This document shows, one piece after another, positions 26,073 to 38,000 of a stretch of DNA of 64,000 nucleotides. The DNA comes from Raillietiella orientalis. Its lineage: Eukaryota. The translations under genes and the position numbers were made by a program. The DNA lies in NCBI GenBank assembly GCA_036172245.1, contig JAYWIR010000001.1, forward strand, positions 3,720,001-3,784,000. Reading direction: 5' to 3'. The stretch's first letter is position 1, and every line of letters starts with the position of its first letter. The notes under the pieces are model-generated. The model saw only the letters and a list, made by a program, of their open reading frames with translations, did no database searches and was not told the origin of the DNA.

Positions 26073-29000
26073 CAGTAGAACCCTATACAAAGCGGATTCG
26101 TGTAACGCGGCATGCGTCCTCCTCGTTGAAGACGACCTACAGTGTTTATAAAAAATAAAAAGTGTATCTTAAAACGTTATAACTGTTTTATTAATTGAGT
26201 TTTAAGAGTTTTGGCGTCATTTAATCAATTTGAACAAACTCTGTGGTTTCCGTGCCATCCTTCTCGTTGCTCAGAGATGTGCATTGCGCTATCTCATCTA
26301 TAAAAATTGGAAGGGAGTGAAGTAGAATTTAACCTATTTAAATCGCGCGTGCGTGTTCTTTTCAAAAGGGACAGCAGAACGGACACTGGACCGCAGAATC
26401 ACAATTTATCTGCAGCATCGCACGGGGCTGATTCACCGCTCAATACGAGAAACGTCACCATTCTTTCCTCACGTTATACGGATTTCTGTCATAAGAGAGT
26501 TCATCGTATTATCATATTATCCATGTATAACTTTCAGGACCCGTATAACGCGGAACCCATCCTCTTGGTTATAAGGGAGCCTGTTGTATGCATGCATATC
26601 CTAGGAATATCAGATAGAGATGTCCAGGCTCCAAGAAAAACTAACAAAATCAAGTTTTCGTGAAGACAAGACCTTTCGTATTTGAAGAATCAGGGATGAT
26701 GGGAATCCTTTTTGGTTTTTTTGTTTTCTCTGCTTCCGTTTTCGCTGTGCTGAAGAGCAGTTCGCCTCCTTAGGAAATAAGGGTCACAGAACTCTTTGAC
26801 ACTGCCTATGCCACCCGAAGGTACGTGTAACTCTTCAAGTTAGCAAGTGAATACAAGTCGGTCGCATTCATAGGGTGGTCTTCTCCCGGGGACCACCCTA
26901 TGAATCCAGGAATGCTCCGGAGGAAAGAGTCTGTTCCTCTTATACTTGGTAAGGGAACTTTGAAGGGAACCTTCGTCCTGGTTGTCTCCTAAAAGAGTCC
27001 CGAAGAGTACCTCTTCTTTAGTCTCTCTGGAGGGACCCCCGGAAGAGGTCGCTTCTCATTTCTTCTCCGAAGGGAACCCGTAAAGGAAACGCTCCTGAAG
27101 AGAGTCCCGAACTGACGCTTCCAAATATTCTCCGAACGGTAGCTCCCTAAGGAAGCCTTGTGCCTCTTCATACTCTGAAAAGGTGTCCATTTACCAGCTC
27201 CATGGTACGAGGAGGAGGGTGCCCCAACCGGGGGGAAGGCAGATTCACTTTCGCAACCAGAGGGGAACCCTGAAGGTAACCGACTCCTTGGTTCCTGGAA
27301 GAACCCTAGATGGTCAACTTCCAATCCCAGCTAGTCAACGGGGGCATCTGGTTTCCTGCCTCCACTAGTGCGGCACCTGAAGGCCAGCAACCAGCGTCGT
27401 CCCGCGAGAGGAACTCGAAGCTCACGACACGCTCCATTCCTCGGCGTTGATCCTCCACGTGGAGGTTCGAACCTGCAACGTTCGGTGCCACGCGCGAAGT
27501 CCGCAGCCACATGGCCACCAACGCGTGTCACTTTGGAGCTCGAAGAAGTTATCGCGCCATTAAACGAGACAGGGAAGCAGCCTGTGCACGATTGTGTCCT
27601 GGAAAGTCGGAGACTCCGATATCGGGGCGCAGTCAGCCAGCGTTGAAAACGCTTCGCCCATGCAGCGATCTGGAACGCGTTCGAGGCGAATGGCTCAAGC
27701 GGCGAGAGAAACCGAATCTTCTTATTCGTGGACTCGGTGGCGGAAACTTACGGGTACCCTTTGCGTCCCAGCAGCGACTCGTCATCTCAGCCTGAAGCGC
27801 AAGCGACGAGCCTGAACCAACACAGCTCGGGAATTCGTGCTCCCAAGTTGCGCTCAAAGGATTCACCGATCCAGTGAGGACCTGTAAAAGATCGCATTCG
27901 CACCGACTGGACCCCCGCACGAAACACTCCAAGCCAAGCCGATAGTTCAACAACGCAGTCCTCGGATTGGGAGTTTTCCCTGATCGGCAATTCTCGTAAC
28001 GGGTCACACGTCACCCTCTCAAAGAGCATGAACCCAACCAGAAACCAGCGACCATAGCTTAGCACTTCAGTGGGGCAATAACCCTACAAGGCGGAGTCCT
28101 TTTCCACTGACATGGAGTGCATGATTTCGATCTGTATGTCTTTGTCGATAGCTCAGCTACGAGCATGCGATCACTGGCTATCGTTGGGAGTGGGCTGTAC
28201 CGATGGTATCGGAAACTTAATGTTGTCAGACGTCTTTGAAGTGGTCACCGGAGGAGATGGACTGCGGGAGTTTCTGTGGACTCCATTTTCCATTCAGAGA
28301 AACGCACGAAGCTTGAACGCGCCAGAGTGGACGAGATGTAAACCTGTGAAGAAACCTGATGCTTCGCTCTCAGCCGTTCGTCTCGGGTTTCACCTTCCAA
28401 CAGCATCTCTCAGTATTTCACTCGGGCACTCAACAGCCCTCGTCAAAAGCCAGCCGGACACTCAATCCTCCGCCGTTTGACTGCCGCTGCGTTGGCCTTC
28501 TTAGTAAGCTCGAAGAGAGCCTCTCACATTAACATCACTTTTGCCCGTGTGGCAGCCACGTGAGTGTTCCGATCCCAGTTGGAAAGTGATGAAAAGTCTT
28601 TGACGGTGACTCTTTGGCGTCGAGTTTCCGACGAGGTTCGACAGTCCAATGAAGCATGACTGAGAGGAACAACGTTCAGGAGTTCGGACGTTTCCAAGAT
28701 GTGATCTCTACACATGTCCACGCATAAACCTGGGCTGCCAAGTGAAGAGGCTTCTACGCGGTCTGTAAATCACAGGAAGAAAGTTGAAGCTGTTGAGAAG
28801 GTGCCCAGTTGAATGCAAGAACTAGGGTTGATCGCTAGCTCTGCGATGCTTTGAACTGCCGAAATGATAAATATAATGAAAAAAGCAAATATGACAGATA
28901 GAAACTTTAAACATAGAGATCTGGGATTTCTTATGCGCATCCTTCATTCTTCTTTCCAAGTGATCTTCGTCTTCAAGCTATGCGAGACTTGCCGACTTCC

Positions 29001-32000
29001 TCTCCAAGGATTAACACATTAATATGGTTGCATGGAACCATCTCACAAAACCAAGACTATTGTCTACCTCCAGAAGAACTTTCTTTTCCGTCATCTCCAA
29101 AGCCTCCAAAGGTCTGCCACTCTTGGACTATGCTCAACGCTCTCCTTCCAGTCACAGGTAGACCAAACACTTTGAAGCGCTCTAGGGATAAAGCAGGTGG
29201 CTAACCTAACCAGACCCAGTCTACATGACCTACCCTGCCCCTGCCCCCAAGAACTACCTAATCTAACCTAACATCCGTTGAAAGGAGCCAGTCTGCACAA
29301 GCACCATCAGGATAGCGTGAAACAAAGAAATGTTCCCAGCCCCACTTGAACCCAACAGGCATCCTGGGATCTTTCGGTCTTCCTCGGATTCATACGGGTG
29401 AGGATCCGTGAATTTGCAGGTAGCCACACTCCTGTAAGCGTCCGTGCGTGAGGGGCTCTCGCAACAGAAAGGGATGGCAAGCTACGCGCCTTGCGCGAAT
29501 TCAAAGGGTGGAAACTTCGGGAGATCAGAATCGAAGGGACTTTGTGATGAAAGAAGCGAACTGCTCGCAACTCATGAACCAGCTGTGACTTATGTGGTCC
29601 ACTGAAAGAGTGGAAGGAGGAAATTTGAGCTCACTAAAGTTTACGAGGGGTGGCTAGAAATTTGGAACTGTGTCTCAGAAACTGCGGTACATAACGTTGC
29701 ATTTGAGTTCTCCCATAACTTATTTCATCTATTCTGGTCTATGAAACTCCTGGAGATTGACGCTTCTATCTTGAAAGACTTAATTCCTGCAGATGCTATC
29801 AGATTCGATCCCAAACAGCGAAGATTTGGGAAACTTGAAGCCAGCTCCAAAGATATTGAAAATTCAAGGCACACGTAACTAATGTCAACAGGTATCAATC
29901 AGGATATCAGAATAACAAGCACGTGTGCCACTTCCATTGGCAGATTCTAGGAAATCTTCTCGAAAACACCAAAGGGATGACTTATGAATTATGTACCACC
30001 TTTTGCTAGAACCCGTTTGTTCCAGGGATGCTATCCCGCTTCCAGAAACTCATCACTATTAGAAGCAAATCTTTCATGCTGCTCATGGGGTTCACCATCA
30101 GCCTGGCCACCGTTCAGATTTAACGAAAACTTAAGATGATTCCGTGGGAATCCAGTGCCTGTCCTATTGTCGGATGTTTTTAGCGCAGAGTTTTCGAAAA
30201 CGAACCCTGCCACGTGAAGAAATCCTTTTTCTTTTTTTAGAGCACGTAACAAAGTTTGCAGAAACACCAGATCTCTCCGGCATTCAGGGAGAGAGAGGAA
30301 CGAGTCAAGTTCTCCGTTTGAGGAAAACTCGGCAGGAGGACGGTGTCCGTTTGTCAGACCAGAGTGCTTTTCTAGGGCCCTTCTCACACAATGAGGCAAT
30401 TCCACTTGCCCCTGTGCAATCAAGCAGCAGCAGAGCTGTTCTGCTAGCGGGTCGGCCGCCTCTCCTTGAGTACTTTGCATCTATATCCAGGAGGATCTCC
30501 ATTGGCCTTGCCCTCTTCCTGGAAGTTCGCGTCTGCCAGCTCCACTCATTCCACACAGCATTCTTTCCTTCCGATCTCCGAGGTGCCAGGCAATTTACTT
30601 TCTCGCGATAGTCGATTGGTTTTTTTCCCTGGAGCTTCCGATTTCCGGTTCGGTTTGGCTTGATGAGAGTGCAGAAGACTTCCGGCCTTCCTGATCTGCT
30701 GCTGCGCTGGTCTCACATCGAAGCGGGGTGGCAAGCTGCTGACCGTAGCCTTTCGCTCAGCTAAGCCAAGAAGGCAATCTGAGGGCCTCGAGAAAGGCTG
30801 ATCGAAAAACCTGCCACCAATGTAGATCGCATCGACGAAAACGGTGGAATCAGGATTCATCTCCTGAGATAAATCCTCACCTCACTGTTCCTACTCCGTT
30901 CTACTACTGTCAATCAGATCATCATTCATCCTTTTTTTTGTGCTCCTCTTAGATGTGATTCGACTTTCAAGACATCTTCCTTCGAATCTTCCTGGATTCA
31001 TTCCAACAACAAGGACTACCGGAAAGTGGTCTGGGAAGAGAGCAAAAGGACGCTTCCATAGGTCATCAAGGCGAGAAGATCACGAGAGCAGATGGCTCGT
31101 GGCTTCCGGAAACAGAGACGCATTAAATGTGATTCACTGCTTCGTCCGAGTAACGGAATGATACTGCGGGCAGAATCGAATCCAGCTTCCAGGTTTGCGA
31201 ATCTTTCAGAATCTCCCGGCACAGCTGGCGTAACCCACAAAGGAACTGCAGTCAAGTGGGTGCTCGGTTACTGACAAAGATCAGCCTCCCCAATTCCTTC
31301 GAGCGAGCCTTTTGCCCAGCAACCCTTGCACATTTTTAATGGTAATGATTTCAGCTACGCAAGCGAACCCTTCGAAATCGAGGCCTGCAGCTAGAGACCG
31401 ATGTTCATCTTCCGGAACGTTTCTTCCGGCTACATTGCACTAATCGTCTCTTCGAAGACCTACGAACTCTTTCAGGGATGCGAAAGGAAGCTCCACAAAC
31501 CACAAAGGCAGTAGTGTCGCAGGCTGCATGCTGGGAAACTAGGACTGACAGACGAAATGAGATCGGATCAATTTCGTAGAATCGCACTAGCAGAATAGGA
31601 CTAGGAAGAAAAATAAATGTCTACGATACATTTATCAAATTTATCCGAATCGGCGTTTCTCGCCTTACCCTTTCTCCTTTTCTCTTTCTCTCTTCTCTCT
31701 CGATGAACAGGGATCTGCAGAATGTGATGCAGCAAACTCCCGACGAGAGAGAACCAGTACGAACGTTCCCCGCCTATGAATTGGGGGATTCCAAGAGACC
31801 AAACCAAACGAAAAAAAAGAAAAAAACACCCTCTGCATAGCAAGGCCATCTGTCCTTTGTTCAGAGTAGAGCAAACATCGGACATTGGCTCCCCATCGAT
31901 TCGATCTTTCCTCGGCATCTTCCTTTCCACGAGTCTCGAAATTCTCGCCGTTCCTGTATTTGTCGATGCCGAGCGAGTGGCACATCGCGTGCCACTCGGT

Positions 32001-35000
32001 CCCCCTTGTCACCACCGCCATCAGCATCGGCCTCCGTGGCTCCAGTGGAGAATTTCGCTTTAGACTACTCCTTGAAAAAATAGCGGATGCTTAAGGAAAC
32101 CAAAGGATGGAGAAAATTCCCCTTCGTGCCTCCCTCTATTCCCTGGACTTTGTTTTTGTTGCCATAAGGTCCACAGCAGGTGTTCAGTAGCAAGGAGCTG
32201 TTCCCTGTCGAAGTGATGGCTTTGTCGGGAAGATTCATCTCCACCGGCGAATTTTGCATCCGGATGGAGACTGCTCACTTGATTTTTCGAGGCTGCAGGC
32301 CCGCAAAGATCAGAGGTCGGAGGTCTTTTTCTTGCAACTTGGTTCTCGGGTGACCTCCGTCAAAGGCCATGTGGTTGAGGTCTCCGCGCGCGGCACCACC
32401 AAACGTCGCAGGTTCGAATACTCGGCAAGAATCGACGATGAAACAAGAAACTACGATGCACCCCCGAGAGATGGAGGTGCATTGTAGGTTCGAGTTTCTC
32501 CTGCCAGATGACGCAGGTTGGCCCATATTCATTCGGGTACGGTACTGGTAGCGGTTGAAACTGGATGCTCCTGATCGGTGGCCGGGATTAGGAGTCGACC
32601 TCCAGCTCCGGGAAGCAGAATCAAGGAGTGAGGATTCCCCTCCGGTTGTTCAGAGAAGCGGACACCTCCCTTCGGGGGGGAGGGGCCTCTCCGTCTCGTA
32701 CCATGGAGTAGGTGGATTGACGATACCACTCCAGAGTTCAGAGAAGCGTGCAGCTCTCTTCGTGGAGCGCCATTCTGAGAAATTCCGGAAGCGTCCTTTC
32801 AGGGTTCTCTTCAGAGGAGTAAACAGGAGCGGTTCCCTCCGGAGAAGACATTCCTAATAGCGGATCCTTTCCAGGTTCCCTTCAGAGAAGAGAAAAATGC
32901 GGTGGACCCCTTCGGAAGTCCCTCCGGAGAGAATACGTAGGAGGTAGCTCCTTTCGGGGTTCCCTCAGGAGACAACCAGGGTGGAGGGGATATTTCCGGA
33001 AATCCCTCCTCAGGCGTGAGAGGAGTGAACTCTCTCCTCTGCTAAGTCCTCTCTGGATTCATAGGATGCCCCACATCTTGAAGAATCATACCCACCCTCG
33101 GATGGAGTGGAACAGAGTTGAAGAGTTGCGTGGACCACCAGGCGCGCGACGGTTCTTGAAGAACTCAGAGAACCGGGGAAAAAAAGCTGGAAGGAAAGCA
33201 GCAAAGACAGAAAAGAACCCAAAGGGATTTCCATTGTACGGAGGATAAAGGATTTGTACGTCATTTCCAAAATGATTTTCAAGTCAGCTCAGAGCGCTTC
33301 AGAATGTATCGGAGACAGCAGTCCGGTAGATGCTTCAGCTGTGTTGGACAGTGGATGCCATCGCAACCTTGCTCGTTGTTTCGTGAGCACTCTGGTGAAA
33401 TTCTCAGCTCTTTCAGAACATCGGCGTTCTTGAGATTCCACGACAAAACCACATTTTCCCCGCCGCTTGGGTTCCCGAGAGTCAAAGGACCAAAAGGAAG
33501 CCGTAATCACGGCGGCATGGACATCAGCGGAGCTACAGCACCACATCATCTCGTGGACTCGCTTAATGATCGATAAATTGGACTGATGACAACACGAGCC
33601 GCGGTTCGGTGCTCCACTGGAGGAATCCAAGGCGGCGGCAGTCGAGCTTCGAGCTTCAGACGGCGCAAAAATAGTGCTACAACCGCACGTGGATCTCTGC
33701 GTGTCTTGAGGACACTTCCTGTCCGCAGCTCCTCGGCTGCCGAGGGGATGGCAAGCAAGCTGGGGCCTCAGCTGAGAGGCTCTTGAGCGAAGAGCAAGGA
33801 AATGGAAGAGACGGAAGAGGTGATGAGATGAAATTCCAGATCCAGCATACAGTGTAACGATCTCTTTTCGTAACCAGGATGCAAGGTATCTGGGAATGAC
33901 CTCGTGGTCTCTTGACTGCAGCCCGGTTCTAAGGCTTCGCAGCACTATGAGACCCTTTATTTGTGACCCCCTTCCCCGTCGTTCTATCTCTCTAGGTGAT
34001 CCATGGAGGTGTCCTTTCGCTCTTCCCAGGCCACTTCTCAATCGCCCTTGTTGCTGGAATCGATCGAGGAAGAACAATCAGATCATGAGAAGCCGTCTTG
34101 GGCAAGGATCTTCTTCGTATCTGGTTCCATGGCAACTAGCTCCTAACTTTGGAACAACACTCTGCTTCCGTCTTGCTGCCGAGGTGTTTGAGGAGATTTT
34201 CAGGAAATCTCTCTGAAGCTCCACTGAGTATTCTTCTGAGCTCACTGCTGCATCCAATGGTGATACTGACTTTGGAAGCCGCCCCAGGCATCTCTCGAGG
34301 GATTGCGGAACGAGGAGGAGGGGTTGTGAAAGTCACCATGGTGACTGCCTTCTCGTGTGATCGTGGGAAAAATTCTTCGCGCCCATATGAGATTGCGAGG
34401 TCTTCATCCATCCCAAAAGAGAAGATGTCGATTCATCACACACAGAATTTTGCGCTCCGTCCGCAGGTAGCCGCGAAGGTTGATGGGAATCTCAGATAAA
34501 TTGACAACGGCAAGTTAACGAAAAGGAGAAGGAGGTGGTTCGTCCTAAACGGAAGTCGGTCGATGCCAATTTTCAACCCCTTCACCCACCTCCCTGTCCC
34601 CCTCACTCTCGTAGATGAAGGCGTGCGGAAGGTCGCGAACGCTTCAAGCCCACATCGCCACGGGAGATCTCGCCGTCGTCTACTCGGAGCGCGCCCCGGA
34701 GGGTGATGGGACGGATCGGGGCTGTGCAAGGTCACGTGTCCCGGAGCTGGTTACCGATCGCCTGTCTGGAGCTTCGGCATCCCAGTTCCCCTTCGATCAA
34801 TAGCGATCCAGAAGGATCCTCTTCTTATTCTCCCGCCCCTCTTTCTGTGTCCCTCCCGTGCTTCCTCCCTTCCGGGAAAAGGCGCCTCGACAGTGGGAAG
34901 TCTTGAAGATCCTCTGACGGTGGGCAAGACTACGGACTCGACCTTTGCCCTCGGTTCTGCGGGGTTCCGAGCATTCCCCGGATTCCGCCCCTGGGAGATC

Positions 35001-38000
35001 CACGACCCGAGAGTCTCTCGGGCTGACTGCCGCGACCCCGCTTGGTGTCTTCCTGCAAGTCGACTTCCGGGTTCCCTCCAGGAGCACCCCCAATGTGGAG
35101 GGGGATAAAAAAAAAAAAAAAAACGCCCCCATCTTTCGATCCTTTTCCTCCTTCCCTTGCAGCGCGCCAAAACGTTTTGGAGTGCTACTTCTTCCTCCTC
35201 GGGTCCAGCACGCTAACCATACGTCTCGAAGCCTCCACCCCTGGGAAAGTCGCCTCTCTGTTTTCAAGGAGACCTCGGAGCCGAGAGCCGTATCCTCGGA
35301 GAAGGCGCGGCGAGAGGATCGGAGGCAGCAGCAGCTGACGCGACAGCGGAGCAACCGGCTTCGGCTACCCGGCGCGCTCGGCAGGAGGGACGGGTGGGCA
35401 CGGGATCGATGGGAGGGCTTCCCGTTTCGGAAGGTCAGGGAGAGCTGACCTAGAGCGAATCCGTCCTTGCTCCATTGCAGCTTCCCGGCGATGCTGTCGA
35501 CGGCGCACGGGAGCAGGACGGTGTCCCCTTCCGTGGCGTTGAGGTTCGTCGGGGCGACCCGGAAGCTCTGCCTCTTCGCTTCGCCTGGAACACACACACG
35601 CCTCATCCGGGTGAGATCCGGGGAGGTAGGCGAGGAAAGGAGGATGCAGGGAGGTGGGCGCGCGCGGAACTAACGTCCCTCCTCCTCCGAACGATTTCCC
35701 ATCTCCTTCTCCCCCTCCCCGCCCCTAGCCGTTCAGAGTCCCAGGGCAGATTCGGTCCGCACGTCCTGGAGGCGGCACCTCAGGCACAATTCGCCAGCGC
35801 GCGGGAAAAACCGCGCCTCTGGAGTCTTCCTCTCGAAAGGAGCGGCGCCCTTATCAGACCACCCGAGGTCCGAAGAACGACTCGCTCCTTGTTGCTCCCT
35901 TCCCAGCCAAGCACCCGCAGCCAGAAGAACGGATCGCAACCAAAACTGGAGACAATAGGTTCTGTAGGGAACATCAATGGGCAAAGACCGAAAAGAGTCG
36001 TGATCATCACGTGGTCATCTTCGAATAAGGAGAAACTTGGAAGGAGGTGACCAAAACCGCTGCTAAGAACGGTCTACAAGGATTTCAGATAAAGGCGAGA
36101 GCTGTGAACTGAGCAGGATGCCATGGTGAATGCTGACTCGGCCATCGCGTACCCGGGGTAAACTCAAAGAACCAGAAAAGTCTGCCGAAAGAACTGCGAG
36201 TTCTTGAAAGAAGAATCCGAAGATGCTCGGAGGGAGAAGCTGAGTCCGCATTCCCCTCATGCGAGGGATGAGTGAATTGTGTTACTCCGGAACTCCGGAA
36301 CCTGGAAGCCGAGAAAATACGGACCATTCCTCCTGATGCGAATCATTGAGTACGTGACCAGCAGCTCCAGAATGCCGGGAGACACTCGCAGACGGAAGCT
36401 GCCACGTTGGAACACTTTATATCTGTCCAGAGACGTCCCGAAGCGTTGCAAGTTTCCGCGTACCAGTCGGCAGGTAAGTCTGACGATCGCATTCCCACCA
36501 AGAATTGGTCATGTGGGGAAGTTGCGCACCCGTTGCGTTCGACTCTTGCGCACCAATGCGCGATGATTTCGTCGTATGCTGAGATCCTGGACCACTGCTA
36601 GTGTCCAGAGTTACCGGCGTTCGAGCCGGAGAAGCCGTCAAGAGGATGCGTGGGGAAGGATGCTATCGGCTGGACTGACTCCTTTTCTTCCCCCTTCTCA
36701 CTGTCTAGGAGTCCATCGTCCCAAGTTGGGAGTCAGTCCGACCGGTGACATGGTCCAGCTGCCGTGAGGCAGACGAGGAATGGGAGGAGCCGCCTCTGCG
36801 GGCAGAGAGGAGAGAGAGAAGAGCAGTGGAGGCTGCCGGCTAAGAGATGCAAAGGGAGGAAGGTTATTTGAATGGAACTCCGGATGCATCTCGATCGAGC
36901 AGGTTCCGGAGCTCCTTTACTTCGCCAACGAAGGTCGCTGGAGCCACCGCCATCTACTCGTCGGAAGAGGAAAGTCTGAGTAAGATTTTTTTTTTCTCGT
37001 GGGACTGCCTGCAGATCGGTCCTTGGAGAAGCCGAGGAGCGAGACGGGAGGCTCTCTGCGGCTAACCGAGCTCGGTAGCGCGCGTCCGCCGTCGAGCGGC
37101 TCCCTCCCCTCATAAGAGAATTCGCATTTCCGTGACCCCTCCGCGACGCAAGGCGGGCAATGCGCCGCGACGAACCGAGCGGCTTGGTCGCTCTTAGGGC
37201 GAGTCCGCGAGCTGTCGGACGTGGATGGCGATTCCTCGACCTCTGGAGACGTGCGCGGGGTCGATAGCCTGCTGCTCGTGGCGTACCCTGAGCCTACGTT
37301 CCCTAGAGACACCGAAGAGGAGATACCCCGCAGAAGAAACCAGGAGAAAAGGATGCTTCGATGGGGGAAGGGGGCCATTCCCGATTCCTCAGCACTCAGC
37401 AAAACGAGGGTGAAAAGGGAGGAGGTACCGCTGACCGATCCACAGAATATGGCGGCAGGCACGGCACCTCCATGGCAAACTCACGGCGACCTTCAGAAAC
37501 TGTGGCAGAGAAGAATTCTCCATCTCTCTCACTGCAAATTTCGTGACCTCACGGTCGAACCTCACGTTGGGCTTGACGGGTGAGTCCTCGGCACTGAGTT
37601 TGGGGACCCGTCTCCATGGAAACTTGCGCGGGTTTGGCCACGGAGAGCGCCTGTCTATGTAGCCTCTTGGAAGAAGCATTAAAGACGTGGGACGCTCACT
37701 CACTGAGGTGAGGGGTCAGAAAGAGAAAGGACGGATCCCCTCGTATCTTCGACGCGAGGACAAAGAGAAGCCAAGGACGCGGAAGGGCACTTGGAGGACT
37801 TCTGGGGCGAGTGGCAGAGGCCCGGAGCGGTCACCCCGAGGAAAGCGAACATCCAAGAGCCTCAGGGGCAGACAGCAGCTGCGACAATAGGATAGCAGTC
37901 GCAAAAGAGGAAGTGATCTCATCCGCAGCAACGGAAGAACAGGAAGACGCGGACAGGAAGAAGCAGCGCCAGCAATTCCTCCCCCACATTCCCGTGTCAC

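Noticed and set aside
30305..30556. Ankyrin-like peptide DIDAK...RTALLLL...GIASLCEKG on the minus strand
   Set aside because: A single weak repeat with no supporting exon structure; it would need an HMM hit.
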